A stretch of 64,000 nt of DNA. Source: Puccinia triticina (taxonomy: Eukaryota). A program made the translations under genes and the position numbers. The notes under the pieces were generated by a model. It saw only the letters and a list, made by a program, of their open reading frames with translations, made no database searches and had not been told where the DNA came from. Shown here one piece after another: positions 24,501 through 37,850 of the stretch. The stretch is from the NCBI GenBank assembly GCA_026914245.1, contig CP110440.1, positions 2,666,001 to 2,730,000 on the forward strand. Direction: 5' to 3'. Within the stretch, counting starts at the first letter, position 1. Each line of letters begins with the position of its first letter.

Positions 24501-27500
24501 TGTAGCTGCTACATTTGGGGGTCTTGTGGTGACTTAAGGTCCATAATGAATCCTTGGGGGCCGTGAACATTTTGGTAACCATATGGCAGAAGGATTCCCA
24601 CGCTGGGATGAGATATAGTGGCAGAAAACCAAGAAACTACCAAAGTAGTGATATTTGGGAACTGATCAGACTGTGGCTGCTACGTTTCAGGGTTTTGTGG
24701 TGACTAAAGTACATAATGAATCTTTGGGGGTCTGCCAAAATTTTGGTAACCATATGTCAGAAGGATTCCCACGCTGGGATGAAATATAGTGGCAGAAACA
24801 CCAAGAAACTACCAAAGTAGTGATATTTGGGAACCGATCAGACTGTAGCTGCTACATTTGGGGGTTTTGTGGTCAGTAAAGGTACATAATGAATCTTTGG
24901 GGGCCTGTCAACATTTTGGTAACCATGTGGCAGAAGGATACCCACGCTGGGACGAGATATAGTTGCAGAAACACCAAGAAACTACCAAAGTGAGGATATT
25001 TGGGAACTGATTAGACTTTAGCTGCTACATTTGGGGGTCTTGGGGTGACTTAAGGTCCATAATGAATCCTTGGGGGCTCGTCAACATTTTGGTAACCATA
25101 TGTCAGAAGTATTCCCACGCTGGGATGAGATATAGTGGCAGAAACACCAAGAAACTACCAAAGTAGTGACATTTGGGAACTGATCAGACTGTAGCTGCTA
25201 GATTTGGGGGTCTTGTGGTGACTTAAGGTCCATAATGAATCCTTGGGGGCCCGTAAACACTTTGGTAACCATATGGCAGAAGGATTTCCACGCTGGGATG
25301 AGATATAGTGGCAGAAATACCCAGAAACTACCAAAGTAGTGATATTTGGGAACTGATCAGACTGTAGCTGCTACGTTTCAGGGTTTGTGGTGACTAAAGT
25401 AGATAATGAATCTTTGAGGGTCTGCCAAAATTTTGGTAACCATATGTCAGAAGGATTCCCACGCTGGGATGAGATATAGTGGTAGAAACACCCAGAAACT
25501 ACCAAAGTAGTGATATTTGGGAACAGATCAGACTGTAGCTGCTACATTTGGGGGTTTTGTGGTCAGTAAAGGTACATAATGAAGCTTTGGGGGCCTGTAA
25601 ACATTTTGGTAACCGTATGGCAGAAGGATTCCCACGCTGGGACGAGATATAGTGGCAGAAACACCAAGAAACTACCAAAGTGAGGATATTTGGGAACTGA
25701 TCAAACTGTAGCTGCTACATTTGGGGGTCTTGGGGTGACGTAAGGTCCATAATGAATCCTTGGGGGCCTTTCAACATTTTGGTAACCATATTTCAGAAGG
25801 ATTCCCACGCTGGGATGAGATATAGTGGCAGCAACACCAAAAAACTACCAAAGTAGTGATATGTGTGAACCCATTAGACTTTAGCTGCTACATTTGGTGG
25901 TTTTGTGGTGACTAAAGGTACATAATAACTCTTTGGGGGCCCGTCAACATTTTGGTAACCATATGTCAGAAGGATTCCCACGCTGGGATGAAATATAGTG
26001 GCAGAAACACCAAGAAACTACCAAAGTAGTGATATTTGGGAACTGATCAGACTGTAGCTGCTACATTTGGGGGTCTTGTGGTGACTTAAGGTCCATAATG
26101 AATCCTTGGGGGCCGTGAACATTTTGGTAACCATATGGCAGAAGGATTCCCACGCTGGGATGAGATATAGTGGCAGAAAACCAAGAAACTACCAAAGTAG
26201 TGATATTTGGGAACTGATCAGACTGTGGCTGCTACGTTTCAGGGTTTTGTGGTGACTAAAGTACATAATGAATCTTTGGGGGTCTGCCAAAATTTTGGTA
26301 ACCATATGTCAGAAGGATTCCCACGCTGGGATGAAATATAGTGGCAGAAACACCAAGAAACTACCAAAGTAGTGATATTTGGGAACCGATCAGACTGTAG
26401 CTGCTACATTTGGGGGTTTTGTGGTCAGTAAAGGTACATAATGAATCTTTGGGGGCCTGTCAACATTTTGGTAACCATGTGGCAGAAGGATACCCACGCT
26501 GGGACGAGATATAGTTGCAGAAACACCAAGAAACTACCAAAGTGAGGATATTTGGGAACTGATTAGACTTTAGCTGCTACATTTGGGGGTCTTGGGGTGA
26601 CTTAAGGTCCATAATGAATCCTTGGGGGCTCGTCAACATTTTGGTAACCATATGTCAGAAGTATTCCCACGCTGGGATGAGATATAGTGGCAGAAACACC
26701 AAGAAACTACCAAAGTAGTGACATTTGGGAACTGATCAGACTGTAGCTGCTAGATTTGGGGGTCTTGTGGTGACTTAAGGTCCATAATGAATCCTTGGGG
26801 GCCCGTAAACACTTTGGTAACCATATGGCAGAAGGATTTCCACGCTGGGATGAGATATAGTGGCAGAAATACCCAGAAACTACCAAAGTAGTGATATTTG
26901 GGAACTGATCAGACTGTAGCTGCTACGTTTCAGGGTTTGTGGTGACTAAAGTAGATAATGAATCTTTGAGGGTCTGCCAAAATTTTGGTAACCATATGTC
27001 AGAAGGATTCCCACGCTGGGATGAGATATAGTGGTAGAAACACCCAGAAACTACCAAAGTAGTGATATTTGGGAACAGATCAGACTGTAGCTGCTACATT
27101 TGGGGGTTTTGTGGTCAGTAAAGGTACATAATGAAGCTTTGGGGGCCTGTAAACATTTTGGTAACCGTATGGCAGAAGGATTCCCACGCTGGGACGAGAT
27201 ATAGTGGCAGAAACACCAAGAAACTACCAAAGTGAGGATATTTGGGAACTGATCAAACTGTAGCTGCTACATTTGGGGGTCTTGGGGTGACGTAAGGTCC
27301 ATAATGAATCCTTGGGGGCCTTTCAACATTTTGGTAACCATATTTCAGAAGGATTCCCACGCTGGGATGAGATATAGTGGCAGCAACACCAAAAAACCAC
27401 CAAAGTAGTGATATGTGTGAACCCATTAGACTTTAGCTGCTACATTTGGTGGTTTTGTGGTGACTAAAGGTACATAATAACTCTTTGGGGGCCCGTCAAC

Positions 27501-30500
27501 ATTTTGGTAACCATATGTCAGAAGGATTCCCACGCTGGGATGAAATATAGTGGCAGAAACACCAAGAAACTACCAAAGTAGTGATATTTGGGAACTGATC
27601 AGACTGTAGCTGCTACATTTGGGGGTCTTGTGGTGACTTAAGGTCCATAATGAATCCTTGGGGGCCGTGAACATTTTGGTAACCATATGGCAGAAGGATT
27701 CCCACGCTGGGATGAGATATAGTGGCAGAAAACCAAGAAACTACCAAAGTAGTGATATTTGGGAACTGATCAGACTGTGGCTGCTACGTTTCAGGGTTTT
27801 GTGGTGACTAAAGTACATAATGAATCTTTGGGGGTCTGCCAAAATTTTGGTAACCATATGTCAGAAGGATTCCCACGCTGGGATGAAATATAGTGGCAGA
27901 AACACCAAGAAACTACCAAAGTAGTGATATTTGGGAACCGATCAGACTGTAGCTGCTACATTTGGGGGTTTTGTGGTCAGTAAAGGTACATAATGAATCT
28001 TTGGGGGCCTGTCAACATTTTGGTAACCATGTGGCAGAAGGATACCCACGCTGGGACGAGATATAGTTGCAGAAACACCAAGAAACTACCAAAGTGAGGA
28101 TATTTGGGAACTGATTAGACTTTAGCTGCTACATTTGGGGGTCTTGGGGTGACTTAAGGTCCATAATGAATCCTTGGGGGCTCGTCAACATTTTGGTAAC
28201 CATATGTCAGAAGTATTCACACGCTGGGATGAGATATAGTGGCAGAAACACCAAGAAACTACCAAAGTAGTGACATTTGGGAACTGATCAGACTGTAGCT
28301 GCTAGATTTGGGGGTCTTGTGGTGACTTAAGGTCCATGATGAATCCTTGGGGGCCCGTAAACACTTTGGTAACCATATGGCAGAAGGATTTCCACGCTGG
28401 GATGAGATATAGTGGCAGAAATACCCAGAAACTACCAAAGTAGTGATATTTGGGAACTGATCAGACTGTAGCTGCTACGTTTCAGGGTTTGTGGTGACTA
28501 AAGTACATAATGAATCTTTGAGGGTCTGCCAAAATTTTGGTAACCATATGTCAGAAGGATTCCCACGCTGGGATGAGATATAGTGGTAGAAACACCCAGA
28601 AACTACCAAAGTAGTGATATTTGGGAACAGATCAGACTGTAGCTGCTACATTTGGGGCTTTTGTGGTCAGTAAAGGTACATAATGAATCTTTGGGGGCCT
28701 GTAAACATTTTGGTAACCATATGGCAGAAGGATTCCCACGCTGGGACGAGATGTAGTGGCAGAAACACCAAGAAACTACCAAAGTGAGGATATTTGGGAA
28801 CTGATCAGACTGTAGCTGCTACATTTGGGGTTCTTGGGGTGACTTAAGGTCCATAATGAATCCCTGGGGGCCTGTGAACATTTTGGTAACCATATGGCAG
28901 AAGGATTCCCACGCTGGGATGAGATATAGTGGCAGAAACACCAAGAAACTACCAAAGTAGTGATGTTTGGGGACTGATCAGACTTTAGCTGCTTCAGTTG
29001 GTGGTTTTGTGGTGACTAAAGTTACATGATGAATCTTTGGGGGCCTGTCAACATTTAGGTAAACATATGGCAGAAGGATTCCCACACTGGGATGAGATAT
29101 AGTGGCAGAAACACCAAGAAACTACCAAAGTAGTCATATTTGGGAACTGATCAGACTGTAGCTGCTACATTTGGGGGTCTTGTGGTGACTTAAGGTCCAT
29201 AATGAATCCTTGGGGGCCTTTCAACATTTTGGGAACCATATGTCAGAAGGATTCCCACGCTGGGATGAGATATAGTGGCAGAAACACCAAGAAACTACCA
29301 AAGTAGTGATATGTGGGAACTCATCAGACTGTAGCTGCTACATTTGGTGGTTTTCTGGTGACTAAAGGTACATAATAAATCTTTGGGGGCCTGTCAACAT
29401 TTTCGTAAACATATGTCAGAAGGATTCCCACACTGGGCTGAAATATAGTGGCAGAAACACCAAGAAACTACCAAAGTAGTGATATTTGGGAACTGATCAG
29501 ACTGTAGCTGCTACATTTGGGGGTCTTGTGGTGACTTAAGGTCCATAATGAATCCTTGGGGGCCGTGAACATTTTGGTAACCATATGGCAGAAGGATTCC
29601 CACGCTGGGATGAGATATAGTGGCAGAAAACCAAGAAACTACCAAAGTAGTGATATTTGGGAACTGATCAGACTGTGGCTGCTACGTTTCAGGGTTTTGT
29701 GGTGACTAAAGTACATAATGAATCTTTGGGGGTCTGCCAAAATTTTGGTAACCATATGTCAGAAGGATTCCCACGCTGGGATGAAATATAGTGGCAGAAA
29801 CACCAAGAAACTACCAAAGTAGTGATATTTGGGAACCGATCAGACTGTAGCTGCTACATTTGGGGGTTTTGTGGTCAGTAAAGGTACATAATGAATCTTT
29901 GGGGGCCTGTCAACATTTTGGTAACCATGTGGCAGAAGGATACCCACGCTGGGACGAGATATAGTTGCAGAAACACCAAGAAACTACCAAAGTGAGGATA
30001 TTTGGGAACTGATTAGACTTTAGCTGCTACATTTGGGGGTCTTGGGGTGACTTAAGGTCCATAATGAATCCTTGGGGGCTCGTCAACATTTTGGTAACCA
30101 TATGTCAGAAGTATTCCCACGCTGGGATGAGATATAGTGGCAGAAACACCAAGAAACTACCAAAGTAGTGACATTTGGGAACTGATCAGACTGTAGCTGC
30201 TAGATTTGGGGGTCTTGTGGTGACTTAAGGTCCATAATGAATCCTTGGGGGCCCGTAAACACTTTGGTAACCATATGGCAGAAGGATTTCCACGCTGGGA
30301 TGAGATATAGTGGCAGAAATACCCAGAAACTACCAAAGTAGTGATATTTGGGAACTGATCAGACTGTAGCTGCTACGTTTCAGGGTTTGTGGTGACTAAA
30401 GTAGATAATGAATCTTTGAGGGTCTGCCAAAATTTTGGTAACCATATGTCAGAAGGATTCCCACGCTGGGATGAGATATAGTGGTAGAAACACCCAGAAA

Positions 30501-32772
30501 CTACCAAAGTAGTGATATTTGGGAACAGATCAGACTGTAGCTGCTACATTTGGGGCTTTTGTGGTCAGTAAAGGTACATAATGAATCTTTGGGGGCCTGT
30601 CAACATTTAGGTAAACATATGGCAGAAGGATTCCCACACTGGGATGAGATATAGTGGCAGAAACACCAAGAAACTACCAAAGTAGTCATATTTGGGAACT
30701 GATCAGACTGTAGCTGCTACATTTGGGGGTCTTGTGGTCACTTTAGGTCTATAATGAATCCTTGGGGGCCCGTAAACATTTTGGTAACCACATGGCAGAA
30801 GGATTCCCACGCTGGGATGAGATATAGTGGTAGAAACACCCAGAAACTACCAAAGTAGTGATATTTGGGAACAGATCAGACTGTAGCTGCTACATTTGGG
30901 GGTCTTGTGGTGACTAAAGGTACATAATGAATCTTTGGGGGCCTTTAAACATTTTGGTAACCATATGGCAGAAGGATTCGCACGCTGGGAGGAGATATAG
31001 TGGCAGAAACACCAAGAAACTACCAAAGTGAGGATATTTGGGAACTGATCAGACTGTAGCTGCTACATTTGGGGGTCTTGGGGTGACTTAAGGTCCATAA
31101 TGAATCCCTGGGGGCCTGTCAACATTTTGGTAACCATATGGCAGAAGGATTCCCACACTGGGATGAGATATAGTGGCAGAAACACCAAGAAACTACCAAA
31201 GTAGTCATATTTGGGAACTGATCAGACTGTAGCTGCTGCATTTGGGGGTCTTGTGGTGACTTAAGGTCCATAATAAATCCTTGGGGGCCTTCCAAAATTT
31301 TGGTAACCATATGTCAGAAGGATTTCCACGCTGGTTTGAGATATAGTGGCAGAAACACCAAGAAACTACCAAAGTAGTGATATTTGGGAACTGATCAGAC
31401 TGTATATAGCTGCTAAGTTTCAGGGTTTTGTGGTGACTAAAGTACATAATGAATCTTTGGGGGTCTGCCAACATTTTGGTAACCATATGTCAGAAGGATT
31501 CCCACGCTGGGATGAAATATAGTGGCAGAAACACCAAGAAACTACCCAAGTAGTGATATTTGGGAACTGATCAGACTGTAGCTGCTACATTTGGGGGTTA
31601 TGTGGTCAGTAAAGGTACATAATGAAATTTTGGGGCCTCTTAGCATTTTGCTAACCACGTGGCAGAAGGATTTCCACACTGGGATGAGATATAGTGGCAG
31701 AAACACCAAGAAACTACCAAAGTAGTGATATTTGGGAACTGATCAGACTGTAGCTGCTACGTTCGGCGTTCTTGTGGTGACTTAAGGTCCATAATGAATC
31801 CTTGGGGGCCCGTAAACATTTTGGTTACCATATGGCAGAAGGATTCCCACACTGGGATGAGATATAGTGGCAGAAACACCAAGAAACTACCAAAGTAGTG
31901 ATATTTGGGAACTGATTGGACTGTAGCTGCTACATTTGGCGGTTTTGTGGTGAGTAAAGGTACACCAAGAACGTTTGGGGGCAGTTAAACATTTTGATGA
32001 CCATATGGCAGAAGAATTCCCACACTGTGATGAGATATAGTGGCAGAAACACCAAGAAACTACAAAAGTAGTGATATTTGGGAACTGATCAGATTGTAGC
32101 TGCTGCATAATGCATGTGTCCCAAAACACAATATTTCTGGGTTTTATATGCAGAACAATTTTTGGATGAAATTTTATGTTGAAATATTCCTCATTAATCT
32201 GTGGGTGATAACAAAAGTAGATAAAACAAAGAACCCAACGAAAATATGCTAAACCATGGTAAACTAATTTCAAAAAGGCCTCCTATGCATGTAGCACCTC
32301 AAGTATGATGTGCAATATCTTCAGGAAGTTCAACCAACCAAATTAACAATGTTTGCAGGATGGTATCATGAGAGAGGTCAGGGCCCAATGTTTTTCCTTT
32401 TTTGAAAAAAAGTAGATTTGGAGACTTTTGATAACATCAATTGTTGAAGTAAAAAAGAAAAAGAAAAAAACTTTGAGACCCCTCAGCCACCCTGGATTAA
32501 TCCTAAAACTTGCAATGTCTTTTTTTCATGAAGAATCAAATGGTGTATGTAGAAATTTATGAATGTTATCAGGCAAAAAAAAAAAAAAAAAAAATTCCTG
32601 TGGCTTGAAGCTAACACAGGGGGAAGGAGAGAGATTATAGAAGACTATTAAGGAGACATGCAACACAGAAAAAGGTATCAAGAGGAATAAAAAAAACCAA
32701 TCAATATAAATTGATCAATATACGCTATATTGATCAATATACAACATTGCAAATTCATCCATCTTGGTAGTG
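18549..32772. mobile_element. Giant non-autonomous CACTA (EnSpm/CMC) element with ~700-bp inverted arms and an internal satellite array
   Basis: Starts CACTAccaaggtggatgaatttgcaatgttg and ends caacattgcaaattcatccatcttggTAGTG. 3-bp TSD TCT at 18546-18548 and 32773-32775. Removal rejoins gag (FCFSMRNTFEQ). 18549-~19245 is the inverse of ~32105-32772. No transposase ORF. Confidence 0.95.
19243..32106. repeat. Tandem satellite of 172-173-bp monomers (~3.6 copies one way, then ~71 copies inverted) with higher-order periodicity
   Basis: aactgatcag recurs at 20171, 20344 and 20517 (173-bp period). Orientation flips at ~19870. Diagnostic variants recur every 1552 bp. Confidence 0.98.
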
Positions 32773-33366
32773 TCTCATAGAGAAACAAAAGTTGTTAGTT
32801 TATCGAGGAATTCCGGTAAAGTAAACGCCCGCCTCGTGAGGAGGCTCAATAAAAATTCGAGGACGCTCAACAGTCATTGGTCTCGTCTCCAATCGACCCA
32901 CTCGACCGTCAAATCCCTGCTTAAATCCCTCAAACGTTCCACGAAGATGCGCCATTGATTCATTTTGCAAAGCCTGATACCCACGTAGCTCTGAAAAAAA
33001 CACGTCCTTAATCTTCTTATTCTCAGCTTGTAAATCTTTGATTGATTTCTTGTCCTGTCGAGCTTGTGCCTTCAAAAGAGAGATAGATTCTGCTTGATCC
33101 TGAAGGCGAGAAGTTTGAACCGAGTTATCGACTCGTAAACCCAATAAAAGCGCTGAAACATCTTCCTCATTTTGACCCGCCATACCCGGATTAACGCCAC
33201 TTGAACCCGCAATAGGAAAGTCAATACCAGGGATAGGTACATCGGTTCCGGGAATAGGTCGCGGAGAAAGGTTGATAAATGATGGGGAGTTGTGATTGAA
33301 CGGAGAAGGAGATTGATTGGAAAAGAAGGGGGAAGCCTGAGCACGAATGGGAACAGGAGCCGTCAT
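32773..33366 (-). pseudogene. gag: gypsy gag, N-terminal part
   Basis: ORF 32800-33366 lies just inside the 5' LTR. It continues in frame through one stop codon and across the CACTA insertion into ORF 17961-18548. Confidence 0.85.
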
Positions 33367-33509
33367 TTGTGGTTGAGTTGGAGGAGACGGAGAAAATCTT
33401 GGCTAAACTCTGACTGGAGTAATCGGAGAAATGACAGAGGGTTCTGACATGCCAAAAACTTTTATAATATGTATGTATATAACTCTATTCTTGAAGATCA
33501 ATATATAAT

Positions 33510-33966
33510 TGTGAGGACTCGGCTACTACTCAGTTTGCTATATAAGGCTATGAAACTATCCAAGAGGATAGTTTGCCAATGCTTGAGTAATAACTAAGAA
33601 TATAGTTCTATGCGATTGCAATAGAAGAAAGATTCACAATGATAATGTAGTCTTTCCGAGTGTTTTTGAGATTTCTCGGATACACGAAGATGATAGTGAT
33701 GGATGAAATGAAAAAGAATATATCTATGGGGAAAAGAAGAGAAAGGGAAAAGAGGAAAACATGAAAACCACAGAAAGATAACAATAAGAATTCAACCCGA
33801 ACCAACAAAGGATCGTGAAAGAGATACGTCATGATCATTTGGATAATCTCAATTAATCCACCATTAGGATTAGTAACCCAAAGCGCATGACAGGAGATTT
33901 GCCAATCAACAAATTAGCCGGATGAATAAGCATTTGCCGCCCAGTAACGAAGAACAAGATGTTACA
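33510..33966 (-). repeat. 5' LTR of gypsy element 12510-33966
   Basis: Matches 12510-12966 and is followed by TSD catag. Confidence 0.97.
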
Positions 33967-34334
33967 CATAGCGGCTCAAAAAGCTGTTTTTGGCCGGAAA
34001 ACGACTTTCCTCACGGAAAACAGTTTCCCCTCGAAAATGTGTACCACAGCACCTGTTTCTGGGGGAAATTAGAACTTGTTTTTTGCTCAAAACAATCAAT
34101 TTCCAGAAACAGGTCTGACCCTGTTTCTCATGTGTGTTTTCCTTCTGCTGAGCCCCCTCCAACCAAGACACCGGGGCCTCTCTTGGCCAATGCAACATGT
34201 GTATCAGTGTCTCTCTCATCTCGGACCAATGCAACATATGTATTGGTCCATCTCTCACCTCGGACCGACCCATGATCACCTCGGACCGAGCCAACAACTC
34301 GGTCCGTCTATCCTCCCAGACTGATATTATCAGT

Positions 34335-37300
34335 TGTAAGAGTCCTCCAAAAGGACTCTTCACTGGGCAGACACGAGGGTTGGCGCAAGGCCAAGGCGGC
34401 TCAAGTTCTAGGAACCACTTATGTTTTGTATTTCTAACCCAGGAGAGAAGTTCAGCTTCTCTCTGCTCTATGTACAATCTGAGAAAGAAGAATCCGAAAA
34501 GAAGGTGCTCACCTAACCCAGGAGAGAAGTTCAGCTTCTCTCTGCTGAGTTAGGTGGGGCGCGGGAAGAGTCGGGCTAAGTACTCCAAGGTTGCTGATGT
34601 AATCTGGTTGTGATCTTCAAGTGAAACCTCCAGGTCTTCACAGTCTCCCCCCCTATAATGAGTCGGAAGGGGAGGTCAGCCGGCAGGGATGTCAGACTCT
34701 TCCAGGAGGGCGTCCTCCGGTTGCCAAAATTTCTTGAGTTTTGAAATGTGAAAGACGGGGTGTTGTTTTTTGTTTGCTGGCAAGGAGAGGGCCACGTTAA
34801 CCCCATCATTAAAAATCTTCAATACGTTGTACGGTCCTTCGAAACGCTCCTTGAGTTTATCCACGCCCCCTTGATGTTTTCCCCGCCAATCCGCCGAATT
34901 AAGGAATACTGGGTCGCCTACCGCAAGGGTCAGTGCTTCCGACCAATGCTTGTTGTGTTGGGTCGCCTGTTGGATTCGGCTGGCAATGAGTGTGTCTTGT
35001 GCTTCCGTCCAAGCCATTTCCCTGGACTTGATCCATTTGTCTAGCGCCGGTATTGCATTGCCTTCGGGGTCCGTTTGAGGTTGGGTTGTGAACAGACATG
35101 GTTTACAACCGAAAAGGAGTTTGAAGGGGCTAGTTCCGGTCGCTACATTGATTGCTGAGTTAATTGCGTATTTGACTGCTGGCAGGGACTCCAGCCAACG
35201 GCTCTGACGTTTAGACGTGAAGGTGCAAAGTATTTGTCCAATCGTTTTGTTGGAACGTTCCGATCGTCCATCTGCTTGAGGGTGGGAAGCGGTGGACATG
35301 TGGAAGTCAATGTTTAGCCTACCCATGAGCGCTTTCCAAAACCAAGAGGTCCAGGTCTTGTCTCTGCCGCTGATGATTGAGGCAGGTGGGCCAAATTTAG
35401 CGATCCATCCGTTAAAAAATTGAGTCGCCGTTTTATCTGCCGAGTCCAATTGAAGTACCGGAATGATTTGGATGAACCCCAACAGGCGGCACGTGATTGT
35501 CAAGATCATGTCATAGTGTGTAGCCTGTCGAAGGGGGCCGAAAAAGTCAATAGCCAAGTCGGTCAGTGGCTTACGAGGGAAGGATGGCGTGAGCATCTTT
35601 CCCGCCGGCAATGTTGTCGGAGCCTTGGTACGTTGGCAGGTTTCGCAATGTTCCACAAGCTTCTTGATGTTAGCGGACATGCGCGGCCAGAAAAAGTCGC
35701 GCCTCAGTTCTTTTGTCGTCTTCAGGTAACCAAGGTGGCCCAGCCGTTGATGTGCGTCCTCAACCAGCTTTCTACGTAGGCTGAAGTTCGCTGGTATCAC
35801 CAGACGGTCGTCAATGAAAAGCAAGCCATCTTCCTCACAACAGTTATCCCGTAACAGAAGTGCATCTCGCAAGGCCACACAGAACCAATCGTGGGGGTAG
35901 CCATCTTGCACGAGCCGTTTGAGGGAGGCTGAAAGGACAGTGCTGAACTCGGTCAACGCTGCTATGCAGGCAATCTGATGGTGTTGGCCTGGTTTGTCGT
36001 CCACAAGGTCCTTCCGCAACAGTGTGTCCGCGACGGTATTGTCCTCGCCGCGGATGTAGTTGAAGTTGAGATCAAAATCTGCGAGTAATTCCGTCCATCG
36101 GGCTTGCTGTTTGCTGAGCGTGCGTTGGGTGGGGAGATGAATTAATGAGTGATGATCTGACATCACATTGATCTTCATGCCAAGGAGAAGCATCCGCCAT
36201 TTTTGGAGGGCGTGTACTACTGCTAGCAATTCCTGTTCATGTACCAGGTAATTGCGCTCGGCGGGGGTCATTAGGTGTGACTTGTACGCTATTGGTGACG
36301 CCGTTTTCCATTCTGCACCTTGGAAGAGTGCCGCTCCAAGTTCCAATCCACTGGCGTCCGTAAATAGCCACATGGGGTCGTTTGATTCATAGTCGATATT
36401 CTTGAGGCATGGCAGGGATGTCATAATCCGTTTGATGTTCTGGAAGGCGGCATCTTCTTTCTTGCTCCAATTAAACTGCTTGGGATTGAGTTTTGAGCTA
36501 GTCAGTGGAGTCAGGGTGCCAACATACCGTTGCAGACCCCAGATGAATTTTTTCATCCACTGTACTGTCCTGAGGAATTTCTTAACCCCTTTTGCGGATT
36601 GGGGGGAAGGCCAGGACAGGATGTCTGCGATCTTCTTGTCATCTGGTTCAATCCCTTCCTCAGAGATCCAATGTCCTAAGAATTTGATACGATGCCAAAA
36701 GAGCTTGGTCTTCTTCGGACTGCAGTATAGAGCTGCATCGCGTAGCTTGGTCAAGACCGCACGGACGTGTTTCTTGTGTTCGTCAAATGAATCGGAGAAA
36801 ATGACAATGTCGTCCAAGTAAACTACGCAGAATCTGTTGAGGATGTCCCCCAAGGCCTCTTCGAGTCGAGCTTGATGGGTTGCTGGAGCATTTGTGAGCC
36901 CCATGGGCATGACTACCCATTCCATTAAACCCCAGGGTGTTTTCACTGCCGTCAATGGAATGCCAGCTTCCCGCATGCGCTTCTGGAAGAAGGCATTCGT
37001 TTGATCCAGGACGGAGAACACCTTACCCGAAGCCACTATTCTCACCAGCTCGTCGACATTGGGTAGGGGCGAGCGATCCTGAACTGTGAGGCTGTTGAGT
37101 TTGCGGTAGTTGCAAACCCACCGCGGTAGTGCCGTTGGATCTTTTTTTGGAATGATCATACTGGGTGAGGCGTAGTGACTTGTCGAACAGCGGATGCGGC
37201 CGGCATCAAGGTGTTGTTGCAGAAGGGTTTGCCAAGCAATCAGGTGTTTTTGGGGATATGGAAACTGGTGTTTGTTGATAACTGCTTCCGGCGAGGTGAG

Positions 37301-37381
37301 GATTATCTTGTGTCTAGTCTTCTCCAAGGTTGCTGATGTAATCTGGTTGTGATCTTCAAGTGAAACCTCCGGGTCTTCACA
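34335..37381 (-). mobile_element. Second Ty3/gypsy element; a deletion removed most of the 5' LTR, gag and protease
   Basis: TSD TCAGT at 34330-34334 and 37382-37386. 3' LTR 34335-34642 (tgtaag...ttcaca) with an adjacent polypurine tract. 37322-37381 repeats 34583-34642 and abuts RT coding sequence directly. Confidence 0.9.
34676..37321 (-). pseudogene. pol: gypsy pol (RT, RNase H, integrase); open over ~880 codons but 5'-truncated
   Basis: MPMGLTNAPATHQ, VYLDDIVIFS, FTDASG, ELLAVVHAL, HLG...CETCQ, HPQADGRSER, GPY, HPVFHISKLK. Confidence 0.93.
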
Positions 37382-37850
37382 TCAGTCTGAGAGGAATTCT
37401 CTCCTTCCTCTCCAACCGATACAACTAGATTGGTTGGAGTATCAAGTAGCTCTCTCCCCCTTCCTCTCGGACCGCTCTATTGGATCGGTCCGAGAGGAAT
37501 CCTCCCCTTCTTCCTCTCTGCCCGATATACAATTGGTCCAAGAGGAAGAAGGGGAGTGTTCCCCTCAGATCGATACATTGTATTGGTCTGATGGGATCTC
37601 ATCTTGGACCAATACACAATGAATGTATTTGTCTAGTGTTGAGGACCTTCCATCCCCCCTGGACCCATGTGTTATGTATTTATGTATGTACATACACAGT
37701 TTGGGCTGGGAGAGAAGTGCAGGAAGCCTGCAGTTGTGGTACACAATTATGGGAGGCTGTTTTTACCTCTTGATAAACTGAATATTGAAAAAAAGAAAAC
37801 TTTTTTCCTTGCGCGGGAAAAACAGATTTTGTATGGTACAGGCCCTTACA

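Larger units (their letters stand above)
12510..33966 (-). mobile_element. Full-length but decayed Ty3/gypsy chromovirus-like LTR retrotransposon (~6.3 kb without its two inserts)
   Basis: 457-bp TG...CA LTRs at 12510-12966 and 33510-33966 with 7 mismatches. TSD CATAG at 12505-12509 and 33967-33971. Domain order gag-PR-RT-RH-INT-chromodomain. Purine tract on the minus strand near 12974-12989. Confidence 0.97.

Noticed and set aside
19243..32106. CRISPR-like array
   Set aside because: The whole 173-bp unit repeats, with no unique spacers and no cas genes, in a eukaryotic context.
19075..32273. Short ORFs in the satellite and arms (e.g. 19075-19380, 23947-24237, 31887-32273)
   Set aside because: Chance frames through repeated DNA; most monomers contain stops and there is no domain signal.
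33485..33509. Primer-binding site of the gypsy element (tRNA or self-priming)
   Set aside because: No TGG-type tRNA complement and no clear complement within the LTR was found by eye.
34583..37381. Novel retroelement with 60-bp mini-LTRs
   Set aside because: The TCAGT TSD places the true left end at 34335, so the 3' LTR is 308 bp and the 5' LTR is simply deleted.
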